Origin: Candidatus Parcubacteria bacterium | GTDB lineage: Bacteria; Patescibacteriota; Minisyncoccia; Phycocordibacterales; UBA2100 | Length of the DNA stretch: 29,384 bases | NCBI GenBank assembly: GCA_043746305.1 | Contig: JAYTRG010000023.1 | Span: 1-29,384, forward strand | Direction: 5' to 3' | Part shown: positions 18,086 through 26,795 of the stretch, piece after piece | Numbering within the stretch: the first letter of the stretch is position 1 | Layout: each line of letters opens with the position of its first letter | Notes under the pieces: generated by a model | What the model was told of the DNA's origin: nothing | The model's input: only the letters and a program-made list of their open reading frames with translations | The model's database searches: none | Made by a program: the position numbers and the translations under genes

Positions 18086-19315
18086 TTATTGCACGATACG
18101 AAGTACCCAGAGCGAGAGGTCATTTCCGTTTGTAAAGGCAAGATAATTGCCCGAAGGGTCTACCAATGGGTCATGTACATCAAATGGGATCGTGGGCGTA
18201 TACAAAACCTCTGTTGTGCCATCTTTAATGTTCACCTGCCACCACACGTCGTTGCTGTGGTAGACGCCCCGGTACCAGTCGTCAAGAAACCCGCTAGAGG
18301 GAATGGTTTGAGGCACGGCACAGTATGCGATCAGTGTTTTCCCCGGAGCCCAAGCGCATTTTTCCGCGATGGTTGAAAGTGGCAGCTTGATGGGTTGTCC
18401 CGTGCCTATTTTTGCGTACAGTGACACTTGTCCGCCGTCCGAGCCGCTGAAGAGTAGTGCGGAATTTGTGGAATTCGGAAGTATTTGCAAGCCGAGAACG
18501 GGACCAATTAGTAGTGAACGAGAGCCACTTTGTGATACGGCATACGCATACCCAGGAATCCCGTCGCTCGGACTTTCGAGTATGATAGGGGTGCCGCCCG
18601 CCAAAAAACTTCTCCAGCTCCCGATCGTGGATATAAACACTTGTTTAGGGTTTGCGCCTCGGAGCGTTGAGAGTACGCCCTCTGTCTTGTTTCCGGATGT
18701 TACGGTGTAGAAAATTTTGGGATTTTTTAAAGTTGCGTCAATCGCGATAGATCGAATATTGTTGGGAAGCAGCGGGCCGCTTAAGGCGCCGGGGAACGTA
18801 CTGGTACTTTCTGGTGTTGCAAAGACGCCAAGAAGCGTTGTTATCGTGTCGCTATCAATTGTACGCAATAGCACTATACCTGGGTTTTGCGAAAACAGCG
18901 CCTCGTACGTTTTTGGGACGAGAGTATTAGTGATCCTGAGTATTGTTTCATTCGCGGTGTCTGCGTCAAAGACGTTGCCACTCGCTCGCTCCACAAAGTA
19001 GAGGTTAGTGGTAGACGCTACGTTACTTGCAGTGAAAGCAAACCCAGCTACGGGGCCGAGTGAGGCTCGCCAGAGGCGTTTCTGGGCGTGAGGGGGATTT
19101 TGTTGCGAGCTTGTTGATGTGCTAACCGTGACGCTACTGGGGAGGGGGCCGCCAGAGACACTGGTAGTAAGGAGGGTTTGCACCGAACCTGAGGTTGTGT
19201 TCGGTGCACTGGCTCCGTGAGAGCGTTGGTACAGATAGTAGCTCGCTCCTCCACCAAGCGCCGCCATGGCGATAACCATGATTGCGTACTTCAATAGGCG
19301 AATCGTTTTCTCCAT
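18086..19315 (-). CDS. Membrane-anchored exported protein with a predicted beta-propeller
   Basis: N-terminal TM helix, Ser/Thr linker, then repeated short beta-strands (LYFVERASGNVF, EKCAWAPG, YLAFTNGNDLSLWVL). Start at MEKTI (19315). Confidence 0.7.
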   Translation of the reverse strand: MEKTIRLLKYAIMVIAMAALGGGASYYLYQRSHGASAPNTTSGSVQTLLTTSVSGGPLPSSVTVSTSTSSQQNPPHAQKRLWRASLGPVAGFAFTASNVASTTNLYFVERASGNVFDADTANETILRITNTLVPKTYEALFSQNPGIVLLRTIDSDTITTLLGVFATPESTSTFPGALSGPLLPNNIRSIAIDATLKNPKIFYTVTSGNKTEGVLSTLRGANPKQVFISTIGSWRSFLAGGTPIILESPSDGIPGYAYAVSQSGSRSLLIGPVLGLQILPNSTNSALLFSGSDGGQVSLYAKIGTGQPIKLPLSTIAEKCAWAPGKTLIAYCAVPQTIPSSGFLDDWYRGVYHSNDVWWQVNIKDGTTEVLYTPTIPFDVHDPLVDPSGNYLAFTNGNDLSLWVLRIVQ

Positions 19316-19319
19316 ATTA

Positions 19320-20375
19320 TTACTGCGAATGAAACGCGCTGGTTTGTGGCGCAGGGCTCGCGAGAGGTGAAGCAAAACTGTCTCCTGATTGTCCAAAGCT
19401 CATTGTCCATGCACCGTCAGCGCTGAGAAGTGGATCGATGGAAGATCTTAGATGAAGAGAGAAGTTTGTAGGGCCGGTGATACCATTCGCATTCATGGTA
19501 ATTTCGCTGCTTGAGGAAGCCGCTGATGCAACAAGCGAGCCGTTTACATACCAGACGTAATTAAGGCTTGGACTATCCGGGCTTTTGGCCGCAACAAAGT
19601 ATGGAATTGCGGCAAACGTGGCCTCGGTGTCTGGAAGACTGCCTCTGCTTTGGACTGCATTGTAATATTCAATACCAAAGAGCGGGTGATCAAGGTATAG
19701 CGTTACCCCTGGGTCGTGGGCGGGTACAACAATAGAGTTGCTTGCGACACTAGTGCCGTCTGCGGTGCTCACTTGAACCGAGATTGTACTTGCGCCAAAA
19801 AGGGGCGGCGGACCGAGGATAATGGTTGATTTCCCTATGCCGGAGAGCGAGCCTTGAACGTTCCCATCTTGCGTCCACGTATACACGAGCGTGTTCGCGG
19901 CCATTTCTCCGCTCGTTCCGATAAAGTGCGGGACTGCTTCCACGCGAATTGATGTCGCGGACGAAGCGAGCGAGCGTCCTTTGTAAAATGGCGGCGCATA
20001 CGAAGCTGCATCGTAGAGCAAGTCTACCGTTTGAGGCGTGAGTACAAGCGTTGCATTTGATTGTTGTCCGCTCGCTAAGATGATTGCTTCCACACTGGTG
20101 CTTTCCCCCGCGTTTCCGGTTGTGATAGTTATCTGCGTTTTTCCGACGCCTTCTTGCTGCGTTTGCCCATTTAGTGTCCATGTAATATCGGCGCTCGAGA
20201 GATTGAGTAGCGCACTGGTGACAGTGAGAGACACCTTCTGGTTCGGTCCTGGGTGAGCCGGGTTCGCGGTAATGGTTATGTCGGTGCCTGTGTTCGACAA
20301 ATAAAACTGGGCCGCTGCTGCAAACGGAATGAGAGCACATGCGGCGGCGATAATAACTGGCGCAAATCGCATCAT
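19320..20375 (-). CDS. Secreted beta-sandwich (Ig/PKD-like repeat) protein
   Basis: Signal peptide ending AAAA-Q, and three repeats of a W-x-x-[ND]G strand motif (ITWTLNG, YTWTQDG, YVWYVNG). Confidence 0.7.
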   Translation of the reverse strand: MMRFAPVIIAAACALIPFAAAAQFYLSNTGTDITITANPAHPGPNQKVSLTVTSALLNLSSADITWTLNGQTQQEGVGKTQITITTGNAGESTSVEAIILASGQQSNATLVLTPQTVDLLYDAASYAPPFYKGRSLASSATSIRVEAVPHFIGTSGEMAANTLVYTWTQDGNVQGSLSGIGKSTIILGPPPLFGASTISVQVSTADGTSVASNSIVVPAHDPGVTLYLDHPLFGIEYYNAVQSRGSLPDTEATFAAIPYFVAAKSPDSPSLNYVWYVNGSLVASAASSSSEITMNANGITGPTNFSLHLRSSIDPLLSADGAWTMSFGQSGDSFASPLASPAPQTSAFHSQ

Positions 20376-22369
20376 ACGATGGGAGCATTAATCTCCGGCG
20401 GAATAGGTTTTGCTAATATGCGGGGAAAGTCAGGCGTTTGCATCTCGAGGATTGCGGCCCGCCGTACGCTCTCAGGAATTACCGTGCTGACAGGCCCCGC
20501 TTTAGAAGTGATGCTTGGGTCGCGTGGAGCAAGAGGTACGGGTGGCGGGGCTTCTGCAAGAGCGAGATCGTCCTTTGCCTTCCGTGCGGCGAGAATTTGC
20601 GACGGGTCGGAAGTGATAATTTGATCTTCGGTATACGAGGCGATTACCTTGAGTGTCACGTGCTTGAGACCCGCAAAAAATATCCCCTCCCCGACATCAC
20701 TCTCCAGTAAGAGATATTTTTCCTCGTCCGAAAGTTTAAATGTTTGTTGCACTAAGTCGACCGAGGTAGGCGACTGGCGAAGAAGCAATTGTATTGAGGA
20801 GTTGGTAATCATCGGAACGCCGTAGGGAGAGTTTAGAAAGTCGGAGACGTCTTGCGTAATGGTGGAGACGCCGAGAAAATATTTTCGACCTCGCTTAATA
20901 ATACCAAATAGGAAGCTCGCAGTATCGTCGCTGCGCATCATCCACCATGCCTCGTCGATGACGAGGAGGCGCTTGCGAAGCTCTTTCCGCACCATGTTCC
21001 AAATATGGTGCGTAATAATATACATAGCAACCGGTTTAAGGTCGTCTTCCATATCGCGCACGGAAAATACAACCAGTTTTTTGTTCATGTCCACATTTGT
21101 GGGCCGGTTTATAAATCCGCTCCAGGTGCCCTTGGTGTATTTAGAAAGTCGCTGCACCAAGCTTCCCGAGCCTTCCATGCCCGAGAGCACCAGTTCAAAG
21201 TCAGAGAGGAGCGGCGGCTCTATGGCGGCAAAGTTAGAGTCCGTGGTGATGTCCTTGAGTGCGTACGTTTCGGTAATAGCTTTGTCAATGACCGCGTCCT
21301 CCTCTGGGGTGAGACCCCCCAGCATAATGCGGAAAAGCCCGACAAGCGCGATGATGTTGTTTCGCAAAATATCCGCGGGATTTTCGTCTTCGCGCGGCAC
21401 TGGAAGGTCAAAGGGGTTTATGTGGTGTTCGGAGGAAAGTGAAATGTTGAAGTACCTGCCGCCCACTGTTTCCGCAAGAAATTCATACTCGCGCTCCGGG
21501 TCGATGACTATAACTTCCACGTCGAACATGAGGGAGCGCAATATTTCGAGCTTGGTGGTATAGCTTTTGCCGCTTCCCGATTTGGCAAAGGTTACAGAAT
21601 TGTAGTTCTCGAGCGAGAATCGGTCGAAGAGAATGAGCGAGGAGTTGTGGCGGTTGATGCCGTAGAGAATTCCGCGGTCACTCGTGAGGTCGAACGAAAT
21701 AAATGGGAAAATTGACGAAAGCGGGGCGGAATTGAGCTTAGTGTGCACTTCGAGTTCATCGTTGGCGAGCGGTAATATAGAGCGGAACCCCTGCTCTTGT
21801 TGGAAGAGCGCCGGTCGTATATACACGAGGCGGCTTTCGAGTGCGCTGCGTACTTCAGTTTCAGTTTTGTCTAATTCTTCCCGCGTGGTTCCGTAGATGG
21901 TGAGATAGAGTCCCACGTCGAACACGCGCTCTTGCGCTTGCTGCAATGAATCACGCAAGTGCTCGAGGTCGGAGTAGGCAGTATCGAGCTGCGGGTCGCG
22001 TACCATGCCTTTTTGTTCGCGAGTGGAAATTTGGCTTTGCACCTCGGCAACTTTTTTCTGGAATTTACGCAGCATCTCATTGGTGTCCAAGGGGTGGATG
22101 AATAGTGAAATGTCGAGCACTTTGTCCATGTTGATAATCGGCGCAAACCAGCCGGTGGTTAGAAACCGAGGATACGATATGACAAAGAATGTGCGCGCTA
22201 TTTTCTCGCCGAGATCGAGTTCTTTCGAGTTGATTTTGAGTGCATGCGGGGCGATTACATCTTGCAGATCGAGAACCCCGGCGCGATAGATTTCGTTCGG
22301 TAAAACCGGAAGCACCTCGGCGTTTTTGTCATCTTTTTTGCCAAATGGTAGGTAGTCTAAGAGAGACAT
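20372..22369 (-). CDS. VirB4/TraE-like type IV secretion ATPase
   Basis: Walker A AKSGSGKS, IVIDPEREY, Walker B LVIDEAW, GRKY...ITQ and NSSIQLLLRQ; Pro-rich C-terminal tail. Confidence 0.88.
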   Translation of the reverse strand: MSLLDYLPFGKKDDKNAEVLPVLPNEIYRAGVLDLQDVIAPHALKINSKELDLGEKIARTFFVISYPRFLTTGWFAPIINMDKVLDISLFIHPLDTNEMLRKFQKKVAEVQSQISTREQKGMVRDPQLDTAYSDLEHLRDSLQQAQERVFDVGLYLTIYGTTREELDKTETEVRSALESRLVYIRPALFQQEQGFRSILPLANDELEVHTKLNSAPLSSIFPFISFDLTSDRGILYGINRHNSSLILFDRFSLENYNSVTFAKSGSGKSYTTKLEILRSLMFDVEVIVIDPEREYEFLAETVGGRYFNISLSSEHHINPFDLPVPREDENPADILRNNIIALVGLFRIMLGGLTPEEDAVIDKAITETYALKDITTDSNFAAIEPPLLSDFELVLSGMEGSGSLVQRLSKYTKGTWSGFINRPTNVDMNKKLVVFSVRDMEDDLKPVAMYIITHHIWNMVRKELRKRLLVIDEAWWMMRSDDTASFLFGIIKRGRKYFLGVSTITQDVSDFLNSPYGVPMITNSSIQLLLRQSPTSVDLVQQTFKLSDEEKYLLLESDVGEGIFFAGLKHVTLKVIASYTEDQIITSDPSQILAARKAKDDLALAEAPPPVPLAPRDPSITSKAGPVSTVIPESVRRAAILEMQTPDFPRILAKPIPPEINAPIV

Positions 22370-22444
22370 GTACTTAGTGTATAGCTATGAGCGGTTAGCG
22401 ACTAGTGGAAAAACTGCGTGTATGTGAAAAGAAAAACCGCGTCT

Positions 22445-23104
22445 CTAATATTGGTTGCTGAGTGGCATCGGCTTACCCTCTTCTCCAGGGTTGAACATTT
22501 TGTACAGAAGCTCGATAACTTCTTCGGTGCCGAGCTGCACGGTGCGCACGCCTGTCCGTATGAGCCCTTGTTGCACTATGGAGACGCGCTGCTCGAGCTG
22601 GCTCACGGCCTCCTCAAAACTGGTGTCATTCACGCCCTCGTCTTTTGCTTTGCCAAACGGTAAAAAAGAACGTACGGGATTTTTGCCCTTTGACATAAGG
22701 GGTGCAGAAAACGGCACGACAACAAAAAAGTTTTTTGTCATTATGCTTGCTGCTTCGGTAAAACTTTTAACAAACTCTATGTACTCGCGGATTTGGATAC
22801 GCATCAAGTCGTTGAGCTGCTCCTTGTAAGCGACCTCAAGCGTGGCAATGTAAGGACGGATGTCGAGCATGCGCGATTGAATGAGAATTTGGGTCGTAAA
22901 GTCGAGCGAGTTGAGGTAATTTTGGAATTGTACGATGAAAGCGGTCTGTTCGTCCTCGCTTTTAAGCGCAAAGTTGATACTTGAGGCCAAGAGAATCGCG
23001 CGCATTGAGCCGTCTTTCAGCATCACGACACCGTCGCGCACCTCCGAAATAGGCACAAAGTCCTGTGTCGAGCGCGAATTTTTTGCTTGGGACGCTTGGG
23101 GCAT
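22445..23104 (-). CDS. VirB4-associated cytoplasmic protein (TrsD/TraC-like, resembling a separately encoded VirB4 N-terminal region)
   Basis: STQDFVPISEVRDGVVMLKDGS, SSINFALKSEDEQ, IQILIQSR-like segment and KNFFVVVP; lies between the PrgI-like gene and the ATPase. Confidence 0.55.
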   Translation of the reverse strand: MPQASQAKNSRSTQDFVPISEVRDGVVMLKDGSMRAILLASSINFALKSEDEQTAFIVQFQNYLNSLDFTTQILIQSRMLDIRPYIATLEVAYKEQLNDLMRIQIREYIEFVKSFTEAASIMTKNFFVVVPFSAPLMSKGKNPVRSFLPFGKAKDEGVNDTSFEEAVSQLEQRVSIVQQGLIRTGVRTVQLGTEEVIELLYKMFNPGEEGKPMPLSNQY

Positions 23105-23166
23105 ACGTTAGAGAAAATGTCTGTGCATGATTATTGTAACGTACAATTTTTAGATGAGCTGAATTG

Positions 23167-23661
23167 CTATCGGCGGGGCGCCATATTGCGCATGGTGGTA
23201 ATGGGTGCAATTACTCCCCCGCCCTGCGCCCGCTCGTCTTCGGATGCAAACCCGCCTGCGATACGTTCTTTAATATCGAGCGACCATGCAAGCTCGTGCA
23301 AACGGCTATCGGATAGCTTGGGAATATATACCTCCGACTTTGCGGGAGCAATTTGCGTTTTTGCGGCTGCTTTTATGCGTTTGCGCTCGTTGTTCCATAA
23401 ATAAAGCTTTGGGTGGAGTACAAAATAAAATCCATGTTCAATTGCGATAATAAACGGACGGCCATTGTATTCGAGAAACGCAAGTGCGGCCGCAAGACCT
23501 ACCGTGCCAGCAATTAAGGGGAGCGCAAGATAGATGGGCAGTATGCGATAGAGTATGTACGACGTACCTGCTCCCCCGCCCATAAACACGAACTGCTTAA
23601 AGGTAAACGGCCCAAAAATCTTGTCCTCAACCTCGATGAACTGCGGAATTTGGAATTGCAT
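23167..23661 (-). CDS. PrgI family (VirB3-like) membrane protein
   Basis: MQFQIPQFIEVEDKIFGPFTFKQF, followed by two TM helices and a YNGRPF motif. Confidence 0.8.
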   Translation of the reverse strand: MQFQIPQFIEVEDKIFGPFTFKQFVFMGGGAGTSYILYRILPIYLALPLIAGTVGLAAALAFLEYNGRPFIIAIEHGFYFVLHPKLYLWNNERKRIKAAAKTQIAPAKSEVYIPKLSDSRLHELAWSLDIKERIAGGFASEDERAQGGGVIAPITTMRNMAPRR

Positions 23662-23681
23662 TGTGTTGTAAGTATAACGCG

Positions 23682-24188
23682 TTAGGCGATTTGTTCTCGA
23701 TAGGGATCGCTCTCGCCGCTCTTTCGCTCATGGCTAGGCTGATTTGAAACGTACTCTTCTGAAAGTGGTGTGCGAATAGCTTTTCCCTCTGGCGGTGGTG
23801 GCGGCGGAGTCCCTGGCGGCACAGGCGCAGTGTTCTGCACCTGTGCGCCCAACGATTCTGCAGTGTTGTGCACAAGCTCAAGGCGGATGGGAGCAAAGAC
23901 AATGCGCGACACATCATCGGCAAGCGCTATTGCCACCTCGTGTTCTACTCCTACCTGTTTTTCTATGTTTGCCGCTAACTGCTCTATAGGCTGCATGCCA
24001 AGTAAGGCAAACATAACTTCGTTTTCGAGCATGGCCCACTGGTCAAAATGGAGCTGGTGCTTTGCTGAGAGTTCGCGCATGTGCGCCTCAACATCGGCCG
24101 AGAGAATAGCATCTTGCACAACCTTAGGAAGCTGCGCAAATCGCGCGGCGAGCTGTGACTGTATATCAATATTTGTGTCTGAACTCAT
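23682..24188 (-). CDS. Hypothetical helical protein with a Pro-rich linker and DPYRE C-terminus
   Basis: 168-aa ORF tightly packed in the cluster; LPKVVQDAI...HQLHFDQ...LLG; no signal peptide. Confidence 0.7.
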   Translation of the reverse strand: MSSDTNIDIQSQLAARFAQLPKVVQDAILSADVEAHMRELSAKHQLHFDQWAMLENEVMFALLGMQPIEQLAANIEKQVGVEHEVAIALADDVSRIVFAPIRLELVHNTAESLGAQVQNTAPVPPGTPPPPPPEGKAIRTPLSEEYVSNQPSHERKSGESDPYREQIA

Positions 24189-24192
24189 AGAA

Positions 24193-26793
24193 TTATGGAA
24201 TTTTATTCCCTGTATTACCAGATGTGCCGCCGAGATCTACCGGTTTGAATGTTGCATTAACGCTTTGATTGCTGGGAGGAGCTGGTGCTTGGAATGGGAC
24301 ATTGGCATCTTTGGGTGCAGAATTAGAGCGTTCGTTTACGTTGTCTGGATTTTGCAGAGCGTTAGATGATTGAAGGTTCAGCACCGCGTTGCGGATGTTC
24401 AAAGTAACTCTTTCTTGCCCTTGCAGATTTGCTTGCTGTTTTCTAAACGCATCAACGAGTTCGCCAAAGTTCGCCGAAGGTGTGTTTGCAATTATGTTGG
24501 CGGGCTGCGCTGCGTTTGGTATTTGAGGAGAAACAGGCACGTCAATTGCAATTTTTAACTGAGCTATTTTTTCTTTGGCTTTTAGAATACCGGGATCTTT
24601 CGACTCCCATTCCATGGCCTTGGCATGCGCCTCGTCTATGCGGTGGCGCGCGGCGCTCATTTCTGAGGAAGATGATGCTATTCGCTTTTCAACCGCAGTT
24701 ACTTGATCTTTGCTCAGACCGCTACCGCCCATTGTAGCTTGAATAATCTCCTTAATTTCATCATTGTTCATTGCCCGTCCTGCGCTTGCTGCGGCATCTG
24801 TATGTGGTTCAAGCGCGTCGCGGAGCGATTGCGGATTTATCTGCACTGGCTTTCCCGCCTCGTCTGACGCGTGTTTTTCGAGTATTGTGGCCATCTGCTG
24901 GATACCTTGCTGGAAACTTTGTTGTGTCTCTGCGTACCCAGCATTCTTGGAAGCCAATTGCTCTTTCGCCGCGTTCAGTTCCTTATGCGACTCTTTCAGC
25001 GAAAGCCCACTTTGCGTAGAAGCAGCCGCAGTAGATGTCGTTGCTGAACCGCCTCCAAAGACTTCGCGCTGAATCGCGCCACCTATTTTTTGTTCGAGAC
25101 CTGCATTGGGCAATATCGCGCCTCTCGCGATATTGGCGCGATTGCTAAAGTACCTGCCCTGCGCGCCCAAGCGTTCTGCGCCACCCTGCGCAGTGTTCGC
25201 CTCTTTCGTATACCCAGCTTTGCGCAAGTCATCTGCTTGGCTTGCCGCTTTGTCACTTGCGCTAAAGTTCCCTCGCGCCTTCACCTCATTACGCGCAGCG
25301 CTCGACTCCGCCATATTGGATCGTAAGCGAAGTGCCAAGGGGTTTCCTGTAGCCACTGCCACTCCCACTCGCCCAGCCGCCATTGCGGCCGAGGCAATGG
25401 AACCAAGCGCCCCCGAGCCCGGCATGGAGGAGGCGATTTTGGAAGCGATTTTAAACGAGGCGAACAGGAGGCCGGAGATGACGATAAAGTTGAATATCGA
25501 GCCCCATGCGCCAGAGAACGCGGAGCCCGGAGTTAAAGCTGGGGAGGCCGCCAAGGTTGGGTCGAAAAATGCGCTTAAAGCAATTTGGCCGCGTTGCGGT
25601 GAAATGGCATTTGTAAGCCTGAGGGACACAAGCAGAAATAGCATGAGGAGCGGAGCAAAAATAGCGGCATTTAAGAGCGCTTTCCACCATGCGCTGAAGC
25701 CAAATTTACCGCCAGAAAGTTGCGGAACCAGGAACGTGGCAAATGCGCCTGCTGAGGTAAACATCAGCACAAGAAATAAAATTCCTCGGACGATAATTAA
25801 GTAACTCCCATAGAGAAGAATGACAGCAATCCACGTGAGCATCATTCCGCCAAACAAACCATAAAATAAACCAGTCCATCCGCTGCCGCTTGCATCTGCG
25901 ACGTTGGCCGTGAGACTGCCAACATGCCATATGCTCGTGATGCCCATTGGGGCAAGAAAGGCACTGGCGATATCAAATTTTGTCTGGCCGGTCGTGGGGT
26001 CGGTAGAGGTAATTTTTGGATCGGCCGCCGCAGCGTAAAACTGATATGCGGTAAAGTTTGAAAAATCAATAACCATTTTGGTAAAGAGCAGACTAAAATT
26101 GAGCAACACCGCTATAATGAGCACATTGGCTATAAGGCGCTTTTGCCCAAATTCGCGGAGGCCCAAAATAAGACTGATGGAAATAAATACGAATGAGCCA
26201 ATAATCACAATATTTGCAAGATCACGAAATACGGTCCAACCGAGGGTGATTGCGCTTGAGATGGGTGTGCCGGCTCCAACCCACGATCCAAAGCCAATGA
26301 CAACGTTCCAAATCAAGAGATCAAATATATAGCCGGCGAGTCTCAAAAAAGCCGCACCAAGAAAGAGGAATAACGAACCTATTGCAGCAAGGAGCGGTCT
26401 CCAAATACAAGCACTAAAATCAAATGTCACAAATGCCAAAACACCGCAACTGCCAGACGAGTTAAGTGGGTGATCAGTTGCTGTCGTGTTCCCTTGTTGG
26501 TCATTCATTATTTGTATTGAGCCAAGGCGACTTGGTACTATTGATGCACCGCCCCCGGTTTGTGTAGTTCCATCGGCATTCACAAATGTGATGAGAGTCC
26601 CTCCGTTACCGTCCGAATATGAACATGCGTACGACGCATTCTCGTGCCCTGTCCAACTAACAGAGTTGCTGCCTTGGAGAGTCAATGTTCCTCCAGATGG
26701 ACATGACGCAGCATTAGCCTGATTTGTAGAGGGAACAAAAATAAAACCTAGTGCGAGAGCAAAAAAAGAGATGCTTATCAGTGCATTTTTCAT
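24193..26793 (-). CDS. VirB6/TrbL-like polytopic membrane protein with a long C-terminal soluble region
   Basis: Signal-like N-terminus, about 7-8 hydrophobic segments, GWTVFRDLANI and LLNFSLLFTKMVIDFSN. Start at MKNAL (26793), 2 nt after the upstream TGA. Confidence 0.7.
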   Translation of the reverse strand: MKNALISISFFALALGFIFVPSTNQANAASCPSGGTLTLQGSNSVSWTGHENASYACSYSDGNGGTLITFVNADGTTQTGGGASIVPSRLGSIQIMNDQQGNTTATDHPLNSSGSCGVLAFVTFDFSACIWRPLLAAIGSLFLFLGAAFLRLAGYIFDLLIWNVVIGFGSWVGAGTPISSAITLGWTVFRDLANIVIIGSFVFISISLILGLREFGQKRLIANVLIIAVLLNFSLLFTKMVIDFSNFTAYQFYAAAADPKITSTDPTTGQTKFDIASAFLAPMGITSIWHVGSLTANVADASGSGWTGLFYGLFGGMMLTWIAVILLYGSYLIIVRGILFLVLMFTSAGAFATFLVPQLSGGKFGFSAWWKALLNAAIFAPLLMLFLLVSLRLTNAISPQRGQIALSAFFDPTLAASPALTPGSAFSGAWGSIFNFIVISGLLFASFKIASKIASSMPGSGALGSIASAAMAAGRVGVAVATGNPLALRLRSNMAESSAARNEVKARGNFSASDKAASQADDLRKAGYTKEANTAQGGAERLGAQGRYFSNRANIARGAILPNAGLEQKIGGAIQREVFGGGSATTSTAAASTQSGLSLKESHKELNAAKEQLASKNAGYAETQQSFQQGIQQMATILEKHASDEAGKPVQINPQSLRDALEPHTDAAASAGRAMNNDEIKEIIQATMGGSGLSKDQVTAVEKRIASSSSEMSAARHRIDEAHAKAMEWESKDPGILKAKEKIAQLKIAIDVPVSPQIPNAAQPANIIANTPSANFGELVDAFRKQQANLQGQERVTLNIRNAVLNLQSSNALQNPDNVNERSNSAPKDANVPFQAPAPPSNQSVNATFKPVDLGGTSGNTGNKIP

Positions 26794-26795
26794 AC

